A stretch of 64,000 nucleotides of DNA from Candidatus Obscuribacteraceae bacterium (GTDB taxonomy: Bacteria; Cyanobacteriota; Vampirovibrionia; Obscuribacterales; Obscuribacteraceae), in the NCBI GenBank assembly GCA_044229845.1, contig JBGASG010000014.1:9047-73046 (forward strand), given 5' to 3'. Position numbers and translations under genes: made by a program. Shown in pieces: positions 28,704 to 38,469 of the stretch; the first letter of the stretch is position 1, and the number at the start of each line of letters is the position of its first letter. The notes beneath the pieces were generated by a model. The model was not told the origin of the DNA. It searched no databases and was given only the letters and a program-made list of their open reading frames with translations.

Positions 28704-29306
28704 TCAAGATACGGCAGCGCACGGATTCCCCAGTGCTGTGACCCCAGCGCCGACATCCTTGATCACCACGCTGCCAGCTCCTACTACTGCCCACTGTCCC
28801 ACTTTCGAGCCAGGTCTGCCGACCGAGCCAATGCCTACCAACGCTCCTTCTCCCACCTGGCACTGTCCACCTAACACCACGTGTGGTGCCAGGTGAACGT
28901 GATCACCGATCGCGCAATCGTGCTCCACTATCGCGCCAGTGTTAATGATTGCGTTTCTGCCGATGGTCGACTCAGCATTGATTATCACTCCGGCGCCAAT
29001 GTAAGACCCTGGCGCAACGTTTGCAGTCTTGGAAATCAATGCCTGTGGATGAATCGCCGAGCGAGCGATCCATCCATAGCCCAGTGCCGCTTCGAACAAC
29101 TTTTTGCGGAGCTGGTTATTTCCGATTGCGACTATAAATTCATGCTGCCCGGATAAAGAGGACTGGCAGGCGTGAACCGGCCGGTTGTAAAACTCTTTCC
29201 GCTCGGTCAGGGGATCGATGAACCCGTCAATGGCTACACTGGCGCTCGCAAAATTCTCTGCGACGACCTTCGCATGCCCACCGGTGCCAAAAACATATAG
29301 CCCCAA
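28704..29306 (-). CDS. NeuD/PglD-like sugar acetyltransferase (LegH-like role)
   Basis: GTGGHAKV, AIGNNQLR, IINTGAIVEHDC, GNPC. Confidence 0.88.
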   Translation of the reverse strand: MGLYVFGTGGHAKVVAENFASASVAIDGFIDPLTERKEFYNRPVHACQSSLSGQHEFIVAIGNNQLRKKLFEAALGYGWIARSAIHPQALISKTANVAPGSYIGAGVIINAESTIGRNAIINTGAIVEHDCAIGDHVHLAPHVVLGGQCQVGEGALVGIGSVGRPGSKVGQWAVVGAGSVVIKDVGAGVTALGNPCAAVS

Positions 29307-29321
29307 AGCGCAATCCTCAGC

Positions 29322-29987
29322 TTACATGTTCAAGAAATTTGTGAGCAACTTGAGTCCCACTTCGCCGCTTTTTTCGGGATGAAACTGACAACCGAAAACC
29401 ATGTCCTGATTTACTATCGCGGTGATACGTCGGCCGTTATAGTAGGAATCTGCCACGCGTACGCAGTTGTCGTCAGGCACTACGGAGTAAGAATGCACGA
29501 AATACACATGTGGAGACTCGCCCAAATTATGTAGCAGCGCCTCGCCCTTGTGGTTATCGGCACTGGGACGAGCGGCACACTCGGATGAGCGGTGCAAAGC
29601 ATTCCAGCCGACATGGGGAATCTTATGCCTGCTGCCATCGGTGCCCGTGTCCGGTATGGCAACGACTTTGCCTCGAATCAGATTGAGTCCTTCGTGGTCT
29701 CCAAATTCTTCTGCTGTCGATAGCAGAAGCTGCATGCCCAGACAAATGCCGAGGATCGGCCGGCCGCTTTTTGCATATTCTCGTAGAGGTTCCACCAAAC
29801 CGTTTTCGCGAAGTCCCTGCATGCCGTCGGCGAAGGCTCCTACGCCCGGAATAACTACTCGCTCTGCAGAGGCTATGTCGCTGGCAGCACTGGAAAGATG
29901 CACATCAGCCCCGCAAACCGTCAAAGCTCGCGTAACGCTCATAATGTTACCAAGCCCATAATCAACAACAAGAGCGCGTTTGCTCAT
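29322..29987 (-). CDS. HisH-like glutamine amidotransferase of the glycan cluster
   Basis: DYGLGN, PGVGAF, GICLGMQ, PHVGWN, YFVHSY, QFHPEKS. Confidence 0.9.
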   Translation of the reverse strand: MSKRALVVDYGLGNIMSVTRALTVCGADVHLSSAASDIASAERVVIPGVGAFADGMQGLRENGLVEPLREYAKSGRPILGICLGMQLLLSTAEEFGDHEGLNLIRGKVVAIPDTGTDGSRHKIPHVGWNALHRSSECAARPSADNHKGEALLHNLGESPHVYFVHSYSVVPDDNCVRVADSYYNGRRITAIVNQDMVFGCQFHPEKSGEVGLKLLTNFLNM

Positions 29988-30835
29988 GGCGTGCGCACCC
30001 TCAATCCGGCGCCGCGGGCAGTTTCTCGCAGCTCGGACAAGTTGCAGCGTCCGTAGTGCAAGGCGTCCGCAATGGCGACGGCATCGGCACAGCCTTCTTG
30101 AAACACTGCAACCAGATCGCCCGCTTTCCCCAAGCCGCCGCTGGCAATAACGGGCACCGGTACCGATGTGGCTACCGCCCGAGTCAGTTCGACATCAAAC
30201 CCTTTGCGTGTACCCTCTTGGTCTACAGAGGTCAGCAAAATCTCTCCGGCGCCCCGCTGCACCCCTTCTATAGCCCATTCGACAACACTGCGCCCTGTGC
30301 GATCTCTTCCATTGTTAACCAGCGCTTCCCAACCATCTCGTCTCCGTTTGGCTTCGATAGAAAGAACCACGCATTGGGAACCGTACGAGCGCGCAACTTC
30401 TTCTATCAATGCCGGATTTTCCGTGGCGGCAGTATTGATAGCCACTTTGTCGGCTCCTGCTCGTAAGAGAACACGAACATCATCGACCGAACGTATGCCA
30501 CCACCGACGGTTATGGGCACAAAGATGCTCTCAGCCGTGCGGCGAACTATTTCAACAAGATTGTTGCGTCCATAGAGACTAGCCACCGTATCGATATAGA
30601 CAATTTCGTCGATCCCCTGCTGGTAGTATTGCTGAGCGAATTCTTGCGGATCGCCGACGACACGCAGACCTTCCAGGTGCATCCCCTTGATTAAGTTCGC
30701 GCCTTTAACGTCGAGACGGGCAATGATCCGTAAAAGTGAACGGTTGGGCGACGACAATTTCGTTACTGGATCGCAACTAGTCGGATCGGTTTCCTCATTC
30801 AATCTGGGTTGCTGTTGATGCTCAAGAGACATCAT
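29984..30835 (-). CDS. HisF-like cyclase-fold protein of the glycan cluster
   Basis: RIIARLDVKG, EGLRVVGDP, VASLYGRN, TVGGGIR, GADKV, GAGEILLTSVDQEGT, IASGG. Confidence 0.9.
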   Translation of the reverse strand: MMSLEHQQQPRLNEETDPTSCDPVTKLSSPNRSLLRIIARLDVKGANLIKGMHLEGLRVVGDPQEFAQQYYQQGIDEIVYIDTVASLYGRNNLVEIVRRTAESIFVPITVGGGIRSVDDVRVLLRAGADKVAINTAATENPALIEEVARSYGSQCVVLSIEAKRRRDGWEALVNNGRDRTGRSVVEWAIEGVQRGAGEILLTSVDQEGTRKGFDVELTRAVATSVPVPVIASGGLGKAGDLVAVFQEGCADAVAIADALHYGRCNLSELRETARGAGLRVRTP

Positions 30836-31914
30836 TACACCGGTGAGAAGCTAGTTGCGCTTGGACCATCAGCCATGGTTTCTTGGAAAGATTGCCGAAC
30901 ACTCAAATAATCCTCCACCCTCCCAATATCGGCCCACTCTTCACGTACTGGAAATGCCGCAGTTGGCTGTCCATCGTCTATGAGCTGAGTAAAGAGGGTC
31001 GTCATATCGAGATTAGCACCCTGTTTGACGTATCTGAGTACCGACGGCTCGAGCGCGTATATACCGGCATTGACAAAGAAGTCCTGCATTGGCTTTTCGT
31101 CGATCTGTCGAATGCGCGTTCCGTCCATGCGCACCACCCCATAAGGGACCTGGAAATTGTACTTGAACACACACATCGTGGCTTCAACTTGCTGCTCTTT
31201 ATGAAACTGCAGTAGCTGCCTAAAGTTGACGCCGGTTACCAGGTCGGCATTCATAACGAGCAGGGTTTCTGTTGGCAAATCGGGTAACAGTCCTAGTGCG
31301 CCGGCGGTTCCCAGCTGGACGGGCTCGTCCAGATACTCGATTTGCACCCCCCATTTCTCTCCCGTGCCGAAATACTCTTTCACCATCTCAGCTTTGTAAT
31401 GCACGGTGACGAAAAATCTGTGAAACCCATGCTCGGCAAAGTTATCGATGATGCGCTCCAGGATTGGTTTGTTGCCCACCTCAAGCAGTGGCTTGGGCAC
31501 ATTTTCTGTGAGCGGCCTGAGTCGCGTTCCCAACCCGCCAGCCATGAGCATCACCCAATGCTCGCTGTTCTTGCTTTGCTTCAGTTCGTGCAGAAAACGC
31601 ACAGCCACCACACGATTAGAGGAGTCGACCACGGGAATCTGTCTGACAGACATGTTTTTCATTCTGCTCAAAATCGACAGATGAGGTTCGTTTTCCAGAG
31701 CGACAATCGGGTGATGATTCATCACTTCCTGAACATTGGCATCCGGTGTTATTCCGGACAACAGCGCTCGTCTGATATCGCCATCGGTAACGGTTCCGAG
31801 AAGTGTATTGTTGGGCCCGACGACCAGTGCAATCTGTTCTGCCCCGCGGTCAATGATTTCCAGGGCCGTGAGCACGCTTGCTTCCGGGCTAACACTAAAT
31901 GTTTTCCAGCGCAC
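30835..31914 (-). CDS. CBS-domain nucleotidyltransferase (PtmE/LegX-like)
   Basis: N-terminal CBS pair (GTVTDGDIRR); MAGGLGTRLRPLT...PKPLL, LGTAGAL, VMNAD, NAGIY, WADIG. Confidence 0.9.
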   Translation of the reverse strand: MRWKTFSVSPEASVLTALEIIDRGAEQIALVVGPNNTLLGTVTDGDIRRALLSGITPDANVQEVMNHHPIVALENEPHLSILSRMKNMSVRQIPVVDSSNRVVAVRFLHELKQSKNSEHWVMLMAGGLGTRLRPLTENVPKPLLEVGNKPILERIIDNFAEHGFHRFFVTVHYKAEMVKEYFGTGEKWGVQIEYLDEPVQLGTAGALGLLPDLPTETLLVMNADLVTGVNFRQLLQFHKEQQVEATMCVFKYNFQVPYGVVRMDGTRIRQIDEKPMQDFFVNAGIYALEPSVLRYVKQGANLDMTTLFTQLIDDGQPTAAFPVREEWADIGRVEDYLSVRQSFQETMADGPSATSFSPV

Positions 31915-31921
31915 CGGCAGA

Positions 31922-32995
31922 TTACTCCTCGCTCAAAGACTCATCTTCACTGTAACTCTTGGAAGCCGACCGGCCAATTAGTTTCCAATACATTAAGGGA
32001 CTTAGTCCGGTTTCCGGACGCTTTATTGCTACATTGTCAGCATGAAATTTTTCACCTTCCCGAATTGGTCTTTTAGCGACCAAGCCTTTTCTGGCAACGG
32101 CGCGAGTATCGAGCTCGTTGTCAACCGGAAACTTCCGAGTTGTTCCCAACGCCTTCTCGACATTGCGAATTAAGCTCGCCATGTACTGAAATTCGTCTGG
32201 TTCCAGCGATGCTTTGTGGTCGGGGCCTTCCTGCGAGCGGCTCATTGTGAAATGCTTTTCAATTACCTCGCTACCCATCGCTACTGCCGCTAGTGGAACT
32301 TCAATTCCCATGGTGTGATCGGAGTAACCTACCTTAAGCCCAAAGGCAGTTTTCAGCGTACGTAGACAATTCAGGTTTACGTCTTCGTACGGAGTCGGAT
32401 AAAGGCTTGTGCAATGCAGAAGAGTCACTCTTTCATCCAGAATGTCGAATTCCTCTCGATGTACAGTTTTATAGAATTCCGCAACTTCCGGGTGCGCCTT
32501 TCCTGTGCGATATCCATAAGCCATTACGGCCAGCGCGGTTTCAATTTCTCCCAGGTTTGCCATTCCAGTAGAAAGAATGCAAGGTAGGCCCGAAGCCGTT
32601 GCCTTTAACAGCAGAGGCGCGTTAGTTATCTCGCCCGAAGGGATTTTGAGTTGACGCACACCGCAAGCGAGCAACAGATCTACAGCAGTGACGTCGAATG
32701 GCGAGGAAATGAATTCAATGCCGCGTTCGGCACACCGCTCAGAGAGTTTGTTGTAATCAGAATCCTTTAGCTGCAATTTGGACAGCATTTGCAACTGCGA
32801 TTCACTTTTGCTTGTAAATTGTTTTTGATAAGTCGCTTTCGGGGCGGTTGTGGTTACCAGCGCCGCGGCATTGAACGTTTGAAACTTGATCGCATCAGCA
32901 CCAGCTGTGGCCGCGGCATCCACGAGTTGCAGCGCATTCTCCAGCGAGCCGTTGTGATTGACCCCGGCCTCGGCAATTATGAAAGTGTGTGGCAT
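31922..32995 (-). CDS. neuB: N-acetylneuraminate synthase family (LegI-like)
   Basis: IIAEAGVNHNG, KFQTF, KIPSGEITN, LSTGM, LHCTSLYP, GYSDHT, EKHFT, GPDH, C-terminal SAF domain. Confidence 0.93.
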   Translation of the reverse strand: MPHTFIIAEAGVNHNGSLENALQLVDAAATAGADAIKFQTFNAAALVTTTAPKATYQKQFTSKSESQLQMLSKLQLKDSDYNKLSERCAERGIEFISSPFDVTAVDLLLACGVRQLKIPSGEITNAPLLLKATASGLPCILSTGMANLGEIETALAVMAYGYRTGKAHPEVAEFYKTVHREEFDILDERVTLLHCTSLYPTPYEDVNLNCLRTLKTAFGLKVGYSDHTMGIEVPLAAVAMGSEVIEKHFTMSRSQEGPDHKASLEPDEFQYMASLIRNVEKALGTTRKFPVDNELDTRAVARKGLVAKRPIREGEKFHADNVAIKRPETGLSPLMYWKLIGRSASKSYSEDESLSEE

Positions 32996-34140
32996 AGCTG
33001 TGTCGGTTGATGGAATGTCTTGCGAAGTAGCGATTGGGGTTCAGGGAAACGTTTTAGAGTTTGAACGATCTTTTGTGATGCCGTACCATCTCCAAAGGGA
33101 TTTTCCACATTCCGGCAATCGAGTCCGATAGCGGTTCTTATGCCGGCAAGTATCTCTCCTGGAGTCGCCGGCACGTCAATAACGGATGATGCGCTCAATC
33201 GACCTTTCTGTCGATCGCCGATATTCACGGTTGCCGTTTGCAGAGCCGGTGCTTCGTACAGTCCCGATGACGAGTTACCGACAACGCAGTTTACTTCTGC
33301 CAACAGACTGAGATATTTCCGAGAGCCCAGATTCGAGCGCGCGATGACATTCGGTCTGTCTTCGACGAAATTGCGGATCATATCGCTGATTGCCTGTCCG
33401 CCGGGATCTATGTTTGGCAGCGTAAAGATAATTCCAGTTGTGGATCCCAGCTGATCCAAGGCTTCCAGCAATGCTGCAAAATTTTGCAGAGTATCTTTCT
33501 GCCGAGTTTCGGCATGAAAGGTAACCAGGATATTTTCAGAGAGGAAGTTAAAATTGAGCTCCCTCTCAAGCTCCGGCCTGGTCAGTCGAGAAATATTTAC
33601 AATGTAGTCGATTCCCGGACTACCAACTACGAACACGTGCTCAGGGTTTTCACCCACCTGAATAATGCGATCAGCCGAGACCTGGTTGGTTGGAAAATGA
33701 ATGTGAGCCATCTTTGTGAGGCAGTACCTGAACGTGTCATCAAATGCCCCCTCCGTAACGTCTCCGCCCGCTATGTGAGCAATCGGAATGTTCATAAGCA
33801 CTGCGGATTGGGCAGCCGCGAAGACCTCGAATCTATCTCCCAACAAGAGGATGAGGTCCGGTTTCAGAGACTGAAAGGATTCGGCAAAACCTATCGTCGC
33901 CATTGCGAGTGATTTGCATGCACCAATGGCGGTGTCGCTAGATAGGAGCATGTCTACATTCCAATCGATGGTCAATCCCTCGGCTTGGATTTCTTTGTAG
34001 GTGGTACCGTGGTGCGGGGAAAGATGACTTCCGGAGACTATGAGTTTGGTTGTGAAAAATGGATCGTCCAGCAGACGCCTAATAGGCCAATAGAGCAGCC
34101 CATAATCAGCTCGACTTGTTGTAACTACCGCTACTTTCAT
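32977..34140 (-). CDS. neuC: Hydrolysing NDP-sugar 2-epimerase (LegG-like)
   Basis: TTSRADYG, LGDRFE, HIAGGD, VTFH, VGNSSSG, NIGDRQKGR, NPFGDG; ATG 34140 overlaps upstream stop. Confidence 0.92.
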   Translation of the reverse strand: MKVAVVTTSRADYGLLYWPIRRLLDDPFFTTKLIVSGSHLSPHHGTTYKEIQAEGLTIDWNVDMLLSSDTAIGACKSLAMATIGFAESFQSLKPDLILLLGDRFEVFAAAQSAVLMNIPIAHIAGGDVTEGAFDDTFRYCLTKMAHIHFPTNQVSADRIIQVGENPEHVFVVGSPGIDYIVNISRLTRPELERELNFNFLSENILVTFHAETRQKDTLQNFAALLEALDQLGSTTGIIFTLPNIDPGGQAISDMIRNFVEDRPNVIARSNLGSRKYLSLLAEVNCVVGNSSSGLYEAPALQTATVNIGDRQKGRLSASSVIDVPATPGEILAGIRTAIGLDCRNVENPFGDGTASQKIVQTLKRFPEPQSLLRKTFHQPTQLCHTLS

Positions 34141-35372
34141 TTCTCTTGCCACAATCCGGGACTGCTGGGGATACAAAGCATGCTCGATGCCAGCTGCTCG
34201 GCCACCGGCGTTGGCATCTTCGGGGCATGTTCAAAAGCCGGCAATGTGTGCATGAGGTCCCAGGCTGGGCGCGTTTGGATCTGCCGTTCGTTCAAGACGG
34301 TCAATACCTCATCGAGCGTCGCTCCTGACTTGTCTTCCAGGATGAGCGTGTTTAACCAGTAGTTGCTTCTACAGTCTTTCGGCTCGATAAAAAATCTGGC
34401 ACCGTCCATGCCGTCAAACGCGTTTCTGTACTGCGCAGCCAGCTCTCTCTTCATGGCGATGAAACGGTCCAGTTGTTCGAGCTGGGCACATCCGAGCGCA
34501 GCGTTAATATTGGGTAGGCGATAGTTGAAGCCCACGCAGTCGTGATAAAAGCGCCACTTGTGCGGCACTTTCGCCGTAGTCGTTAGGTGCTTTGCTCTTT
34601 TGGCCAGCTCGCTGTTGTCCGTCAACAAAGCTCCGCCACCACCTGTAGTGATGGTTTTGTTGCCATTGAAGCTCAGTACCGCTATCTGCCCGAAACGGCC
34701 GGTATGCTTTCCTTTGTAGAGTGAACCGATTGATTCGGCGGCATCTTCAATCAGAGGCAGCTTAAACTCTTCGCTGACCGCAAGCATCTCATCGAGCTGG
34801 GCGGGATGTCCGAATGTGTGCATGACTACAAGCGCTTTAATGTGTCGACCGGTGAGACGGTTTACGAGTCCATCACTGTCTCTGACGGTCCTCTCTGACA
34901 AATAATCGCGTAGAGCTACTGGGTCTACTCCCAATGTCTGCTCAGATACGTCCACCAGGTGCGGTATCGCCCCTAGATAACTTACTGCATTAGCAGTGGC
35001 GACAAATGTAAGATCGGGAATCAGCACTTCATCGCCGGCGCCGACACCCAGGAGGAGCAGGGCAACATGCAGTCCCAGTGTGCCGTTAGCTGTGGCGATG
35101 CAAAATTGACTTCCTGTATAGGCAGCTAGTTGTTGTTCGAACCTATCGACGTATTTGCCTACCGATGAGACCCAGCCGGTGTCCAGGCAATCTTTCACGT
35201 ACGCCCATTCGTTGCCTTCGAAAAGTGGCGCGTGCAATTGGATCAGATCAGTTGTCTTGGGCAGACAGCGATCGAGCCGCTGGCAGATCTGTTCGGCTAT
35301 TCCGCTCTTTCGGTCGATGCTTAGACTCACTTCACTTTGCTTCCGTACGTTGTCAGTGAGCCATTGTACCAA
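34137..35372 (-). CDS. legC: LegC-family DegT/DnrJ aminotransferase
   Basis: GWVSSVGKYV, TFVATANA, MHTFGHP, EDAAESIGS, SFNGNKTITTGGGG, HLTTTAK, GFNYRLPNINAALG; start uncertain. Confidence 0.9.
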   Translation of the reverse strand: MVQWLTDNVRKQSEVSLSIDRKSGIAEQICQRLDRCLPKTTDLIQLHAPLFEGNEWAYVKDCLDTGWVSSVGKYVDRFEQQLAAYTGSQFCIATANGTLGLHVALLLLGVGAGDEVLIPDLTFVATANAVSYLGAIPHLVDVSEQTLGVDPVALRDYLSERTVRDSDGLVNRLTGRHIKALVVMHTFGHPAQLDEMLAVSEEFKLPLIEDAAESIGSLYKGKHTGRFGQIAVLSFNGNKTITTGGGGALLTDNSELAKRAKHLTTTAKVPHKWRFYHDCVGFNYRLPNINAALGCAQLEQLDRFIAMKRELAAQYRNAFDGMDGARFFIEPKDCRSNYWLNTLILEDKSGATLDEVLTVLNERQIQTRPAWDLMHTLPAFEHAPKMPTPVAEQLASSMLCIPSSPGLWQEK

Positions 35373-35394
35373 CGAGGCTCTCCCAACTCATAAG

Positions 35395-36411
35395 TTAAAT
35401 CGTGTAGGAAGCAGCTTTGGCAGCGTAGTCTTTGAGATTGCGAGTATCGGTGAACCAGGTGACTGTTTCCTCTAGACCGCGGGCTAATCCGTCGCGTCCG
35501 CCATAAGCCGGTTGCCAGCCTGTAAGAGCAGCCGCTTTCGTGTTGTCGCACCAGAGACGTTCGACTTCGCTGTCGGGCGGCCTGACACGTTCTTCATCCA
35601 GTGCGATTGTAGCGTCGATGTTCATGACGTCGGCAATCAATCGGGCCGTATCGGCGATGGAGATTTCAAAGTTGCTGCCGATATTTATCACTTCGCCGAC
35701 TGTCTGTTCAGTTTCAGCGATCGACACAAAGCCTCTGACAGTGTCGTTAACGAAATTAAAGTCTCGGGTTGGCGTGGTAGAGCCGAGTTTGATCGTACGC
35801 ATTCCGCTTGACAGCTGAGTGATCACGGTGGGGATGACAGCCCGAGCTGATTGTCGCGGGCCATAGGTGTTAAACGGGCGAATAATCGCCACTGGTGTTT
35901 CAAAAGAGCGATGGAAGGAGATGGCCAGCTGATCAGCGCCAATTTTGGAGGCCGAATAGGGCGATTGTCCCTGCAGCGGATGTTCTTCCGTGATTGGCAC
36001 GAAGCGCGCGGTGCCATAAACCTCACTTGTCGAAGTGTGGATGACTTTCTGTACACCGAGATCTCGCACCGCTTGCAGCACGTTCAACGTGCCATGAATG
36101 TTGGTATCGATATATGAAGCGGGCGATTGGTACGAGTATGGTATGGCGATAAGCGCAGCCAGGTGCATCACAACGTCACAACCCTTCACCGCTTGCGCGA
36201 CGCGAGAGGCATCTCGTATATCTCCCTGGAATATTTCGATGCTGTCTCGGGTCTCCGGGTTGGCAAATTCCAGACAACCATGCGAATTCATGGCGTTGTA
36301 CCAGATGAATGCCCTCACATCACATCCCAGCTTAACCAGGTAGTCGGACAGATGTGAGCCGATAAATCCATCGGCTCCCGTTATGAGAATTCTCTTTCCT
36401 GCAAGCTTCAA
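35395..36411 (-). CDS. legB: NAD-dependent 4,6-dehydratase, LegB family
   Basis: ITGADGFIGSHL, HLAALIAIPYSY, TSTSEVYG, QSPYSASK, RPFNTYGPRQSARA; TTG 36411 is the likely start within ORF 35395..36579. Confidence 0.9.
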   Translation of the reverse strand: MKLAGKRILITGADGFIGSHLSDYLVKLGCDVRAFIWYNAMNSHGCLEFANPETRDSIEIFQGDIRDASRVAQAVKGCDVVMHLAALIAIPYSYQSPASYIDTNIHGTLNVLQAVRDLGVQKVIHTSTSEVYGTARFVPITEEHPLQGQSPYSASKIGADQLAISFHRSFETPVAIIRPFNTYGPRQSARAVIPTVITQLSSGMRTIKLGSTTPTRDFNFVNDTVRGFVSIAETEQTVGEVINIGSNFEISIADTARLIADVMNIDATIALDEERVRPPDSEVERLWCDNTKAAALTGWQPAYGGRDGLARGLEETVTWFTDTRNLKDYAAKAASYTI

Positions 36412-36630
36412 TGTTCGCCCTGCGCTGTTGTGCCACTGCAAGCGGTGCTTGGACACGTTTAGAGTGTACAAGAGTTTCTGCCGTTCGTTTCTCGACTCTA
36501 TGATTTTGAACTCATCATCGAACTTAACAAAACCTACTCCAGACTGCGTTGGTGCTTGTAAGGATATAAGCAAAAGCAACGATAGAGCGTGCTAGAGTTC
36601 AGTATTCGAGCCGTAGTAAGGAGGCAAAAA

Positions 36631-37842
36631 GTGCAACCTCAGAAGAACCTGCTGTCAATGTACGGACTGCCGATCGATGTGAAGTTCTGCACGAAGTGCG
36701 TGGTGTCCAATCAACGTCCACGTATCAGTTTCGATGCTGAAGGTGTCTGCAGCGCCTGCCGCTATGCGGAAAGAAAAGCTAAGCAAATTGATTGGGCCAC
36801 ACGCGAAAAAGAGCTGGCGCAGCTGTGCGACAAGCATCGCAGCAAAGACGGCTCTTTCGATGTTGTGGTGCCTTGCAGCGGCGGAAAAGACAGCGCATTC
36901 GTGGCACACCAGTTGAAGCACGAATATGGAATGCATCCTTTGACGGTTACATGGGCGCCTCATATCTATACCGAAATCGGGTGGACAAACTTCCAAAACT
37001 TCATCAACTCCGGATTTGACAATATTCTCGGAACGGCCAATGGAAAAGTCCACAGGCAATTAACTCGCTTGGCCTTCGAACATCTGGGCGATCCGTTTCA
37101 GCCTTTCATTTACGGACAAAAGGCTTTCCCTATGCAGATAGCCACCACCTACAACATCCCGCTCATCATGTATGGTGAGAATGGCGAAGTGGAATACGGT
37201 GGAGATAGCAAAAACGAGAACAGTCCTAAGCATGACGTCAATGACGATTTGCTCAAACATTACTTTTCCGGAATCGGACCGAGCCACTGGTTGAAATATG
37301 GATTCTCGGAAAAAGATTTGCATTTCTACCAGCCCCCCGAACTCGAAAACATGCGAAAGGTCGGCATCGAATGCCATTTCTATGGTTATTACAAGCGTTG
37401 GATTCCGCAGGAGAACTATTATTACGCGGCTGAACATACGGGGTTTCAGGCCAATTCCGATGGACGCACTGAAGGGACTTACTCCAAGTACGCAAGCCTC
37501 GATGATCGGATCGACGGCTTTCACTATTACATGGCATACATCAAGTTTGGCCTCGGTCGGGCTACCTCTGATGCAGCCCATGAAATTAGAGACGGTCACA
37601 TAACCCGCGAAGAAGCCGTGGCGCTGGTGAAACGATTTGATGGCGAGTTTCCCAACAAATACTTCCAGGACTTTCTGACGTACACCGAGCTGACTGAATC
37701 TCGATTCTGGGAGATTGTTGAAACGTTCCGTTCGCCGCACCTCTGGGCAAAGAGCGGTAGCGACTGGAAACTCCAGCGCGCAGTGTATGACAGCGAGCCG
37801 TATTTTGCAGATTCCGCTGCCTCACAGTCAGTTAGCACCTAA
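36631..37842 (+). CDS. N-acetyl sugar amidotransferase (WbuX/PseA/PtmG family)
   Basis: AAGGAGG before GTG 36631; CTKC...RPRI...CSAC, PP-loop SGGKDS, SLDD, KFGLGRA, IRDGHITREEA. Confidence 0.9.
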   Translation: MQPQKNLLSMYGLPIDVKFCTKCVVSNQRPRISFDAEGVCSACRYAERKAKQIDWATREKELAQLCDKHRSKDGSFDVVVPCSGGKDSAFVAHQLKHEYGMHPLTVTWAPHIYTEIGWTNFQNFINSGFDNILGTANGKVHRQLTRLAFEHLGDPFQPFIYGQKAFPMQIATTYNIPLIMYGENGEVEYGGDSKNENSPKHDVNDDLLKHYFSGIGPSHWLKYGFSEKDLHFYQPPELENMRKVGIECHFYGYYKRWIPQENYYYAAEHTGFQANSDGRTEGTYSKYASLDDRIDGFHYYMAYIKFGLGRATSDAAHEIRDGHITREEAVALVKRFDGEFPNKYFQDFLTYTELTESRFWEIVETFRSPHLWAKSGSDWKLQRAVYDSEPYFADSAASQSVST

Positions 37843-37890
37843 ATGGCGATTTTGCTTTGCACCAGCAGTACTTAAAGCGAGGAGTCCGAG

Positions 37891-38091
37891 ATGTCGAATG
37901 TTTTGAAGGGCAATTTTCAACCAGAGAACGATGTCGTCTTGGACGAGAAAGACGAAACATTGCGCCAGAAAGAGGAGTTTGAACGCGCTGCGTTACGCCG
38001 CTTAGGAGGCAGCATTGCCTTTGCATCGCCGAAGAAAGGATTCATCTGGACTGGAGACGAAAAACATAACGAAAATGCCGACAAAAAGTAG
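37891..38091 (+). CDS. Small hypothetical protein (66 aa)
   Basis: GAGGAG before ATG; overlaps the start of the next ORF. Confidence 0.5.
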   Translation: MSNVLKGNFQPENDVVLDEKDETLRQKEEFERAALRRLGGSIAFASPKKGFIWTGDEKHNENADKK

Positions 38092-38467
38092 CTTGAGCCC
38101 CGTTGTTCATCAACTGGGGGAACAGCTTCATCAAGCGACTGCTCAGACCGCTGTTGAGAATGCGCACCTGAACCTTCCTTCTGTCAATCAGTCAGTACTG
38201 GCGCTCCGCGAGCTAAACTGGAAAAAAGATCACGCCGTCGTGGTGGCAGCCGGACCCAGTCTACACAGACAGGCAATCGCAGATAAGCTGAAGAGTAGTC
38301 GTTATGGAGGCATTCTCATCGCCACAGAGTCGCGGAACTGGAACATGTTGCATGGAATTGATTCCGATCAAGGAGCAAGCGCCGAATCAACAAAGGTCTC
38401 TGAATCAACAAAGGTCTCTCATGCAGTCGTCGGACCCAGCGCCTCCACCTCCAGCATGTCGATCTGA
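38075..38467 (+). pseudogene. Truncated Maf/DUF115-like gene
   Basis: AVENAHLN...HAVVVAAGPSL...ILIATES matches the DUF115 N-terminal signature, then degenerates. Confidence 0.6.
38384..38419. repeat. Perfect 18-bp tandem duplication GAATCAACAAAGGTCTCT x2
   Basis: Read directly at 38384-38401 and 38402-38419. Confidence 0.95.
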
Positions 38468-38469
38468 GG

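Noticed and set aside
29322..30835. hisH/hisF as histidine biosynthesis genes
   Set aside because: No other his genes nearby; they sit in a nonulosonate operon with a WbuX-like partner, the known context for glycan-specific paralogues
31342..37740. Long antisense ORFs such as 31342..32076(+) and 37060..37740(-)
   Set aside because: They lie opposite well-supported genes and show no recognisable motifs; treated as shadow ORFs
38384..38419. CRISPR or VNTR array
   Set aside because: Only two abutting copies with no spacers; no cas genes or spaced repeats seen anywhere in the window
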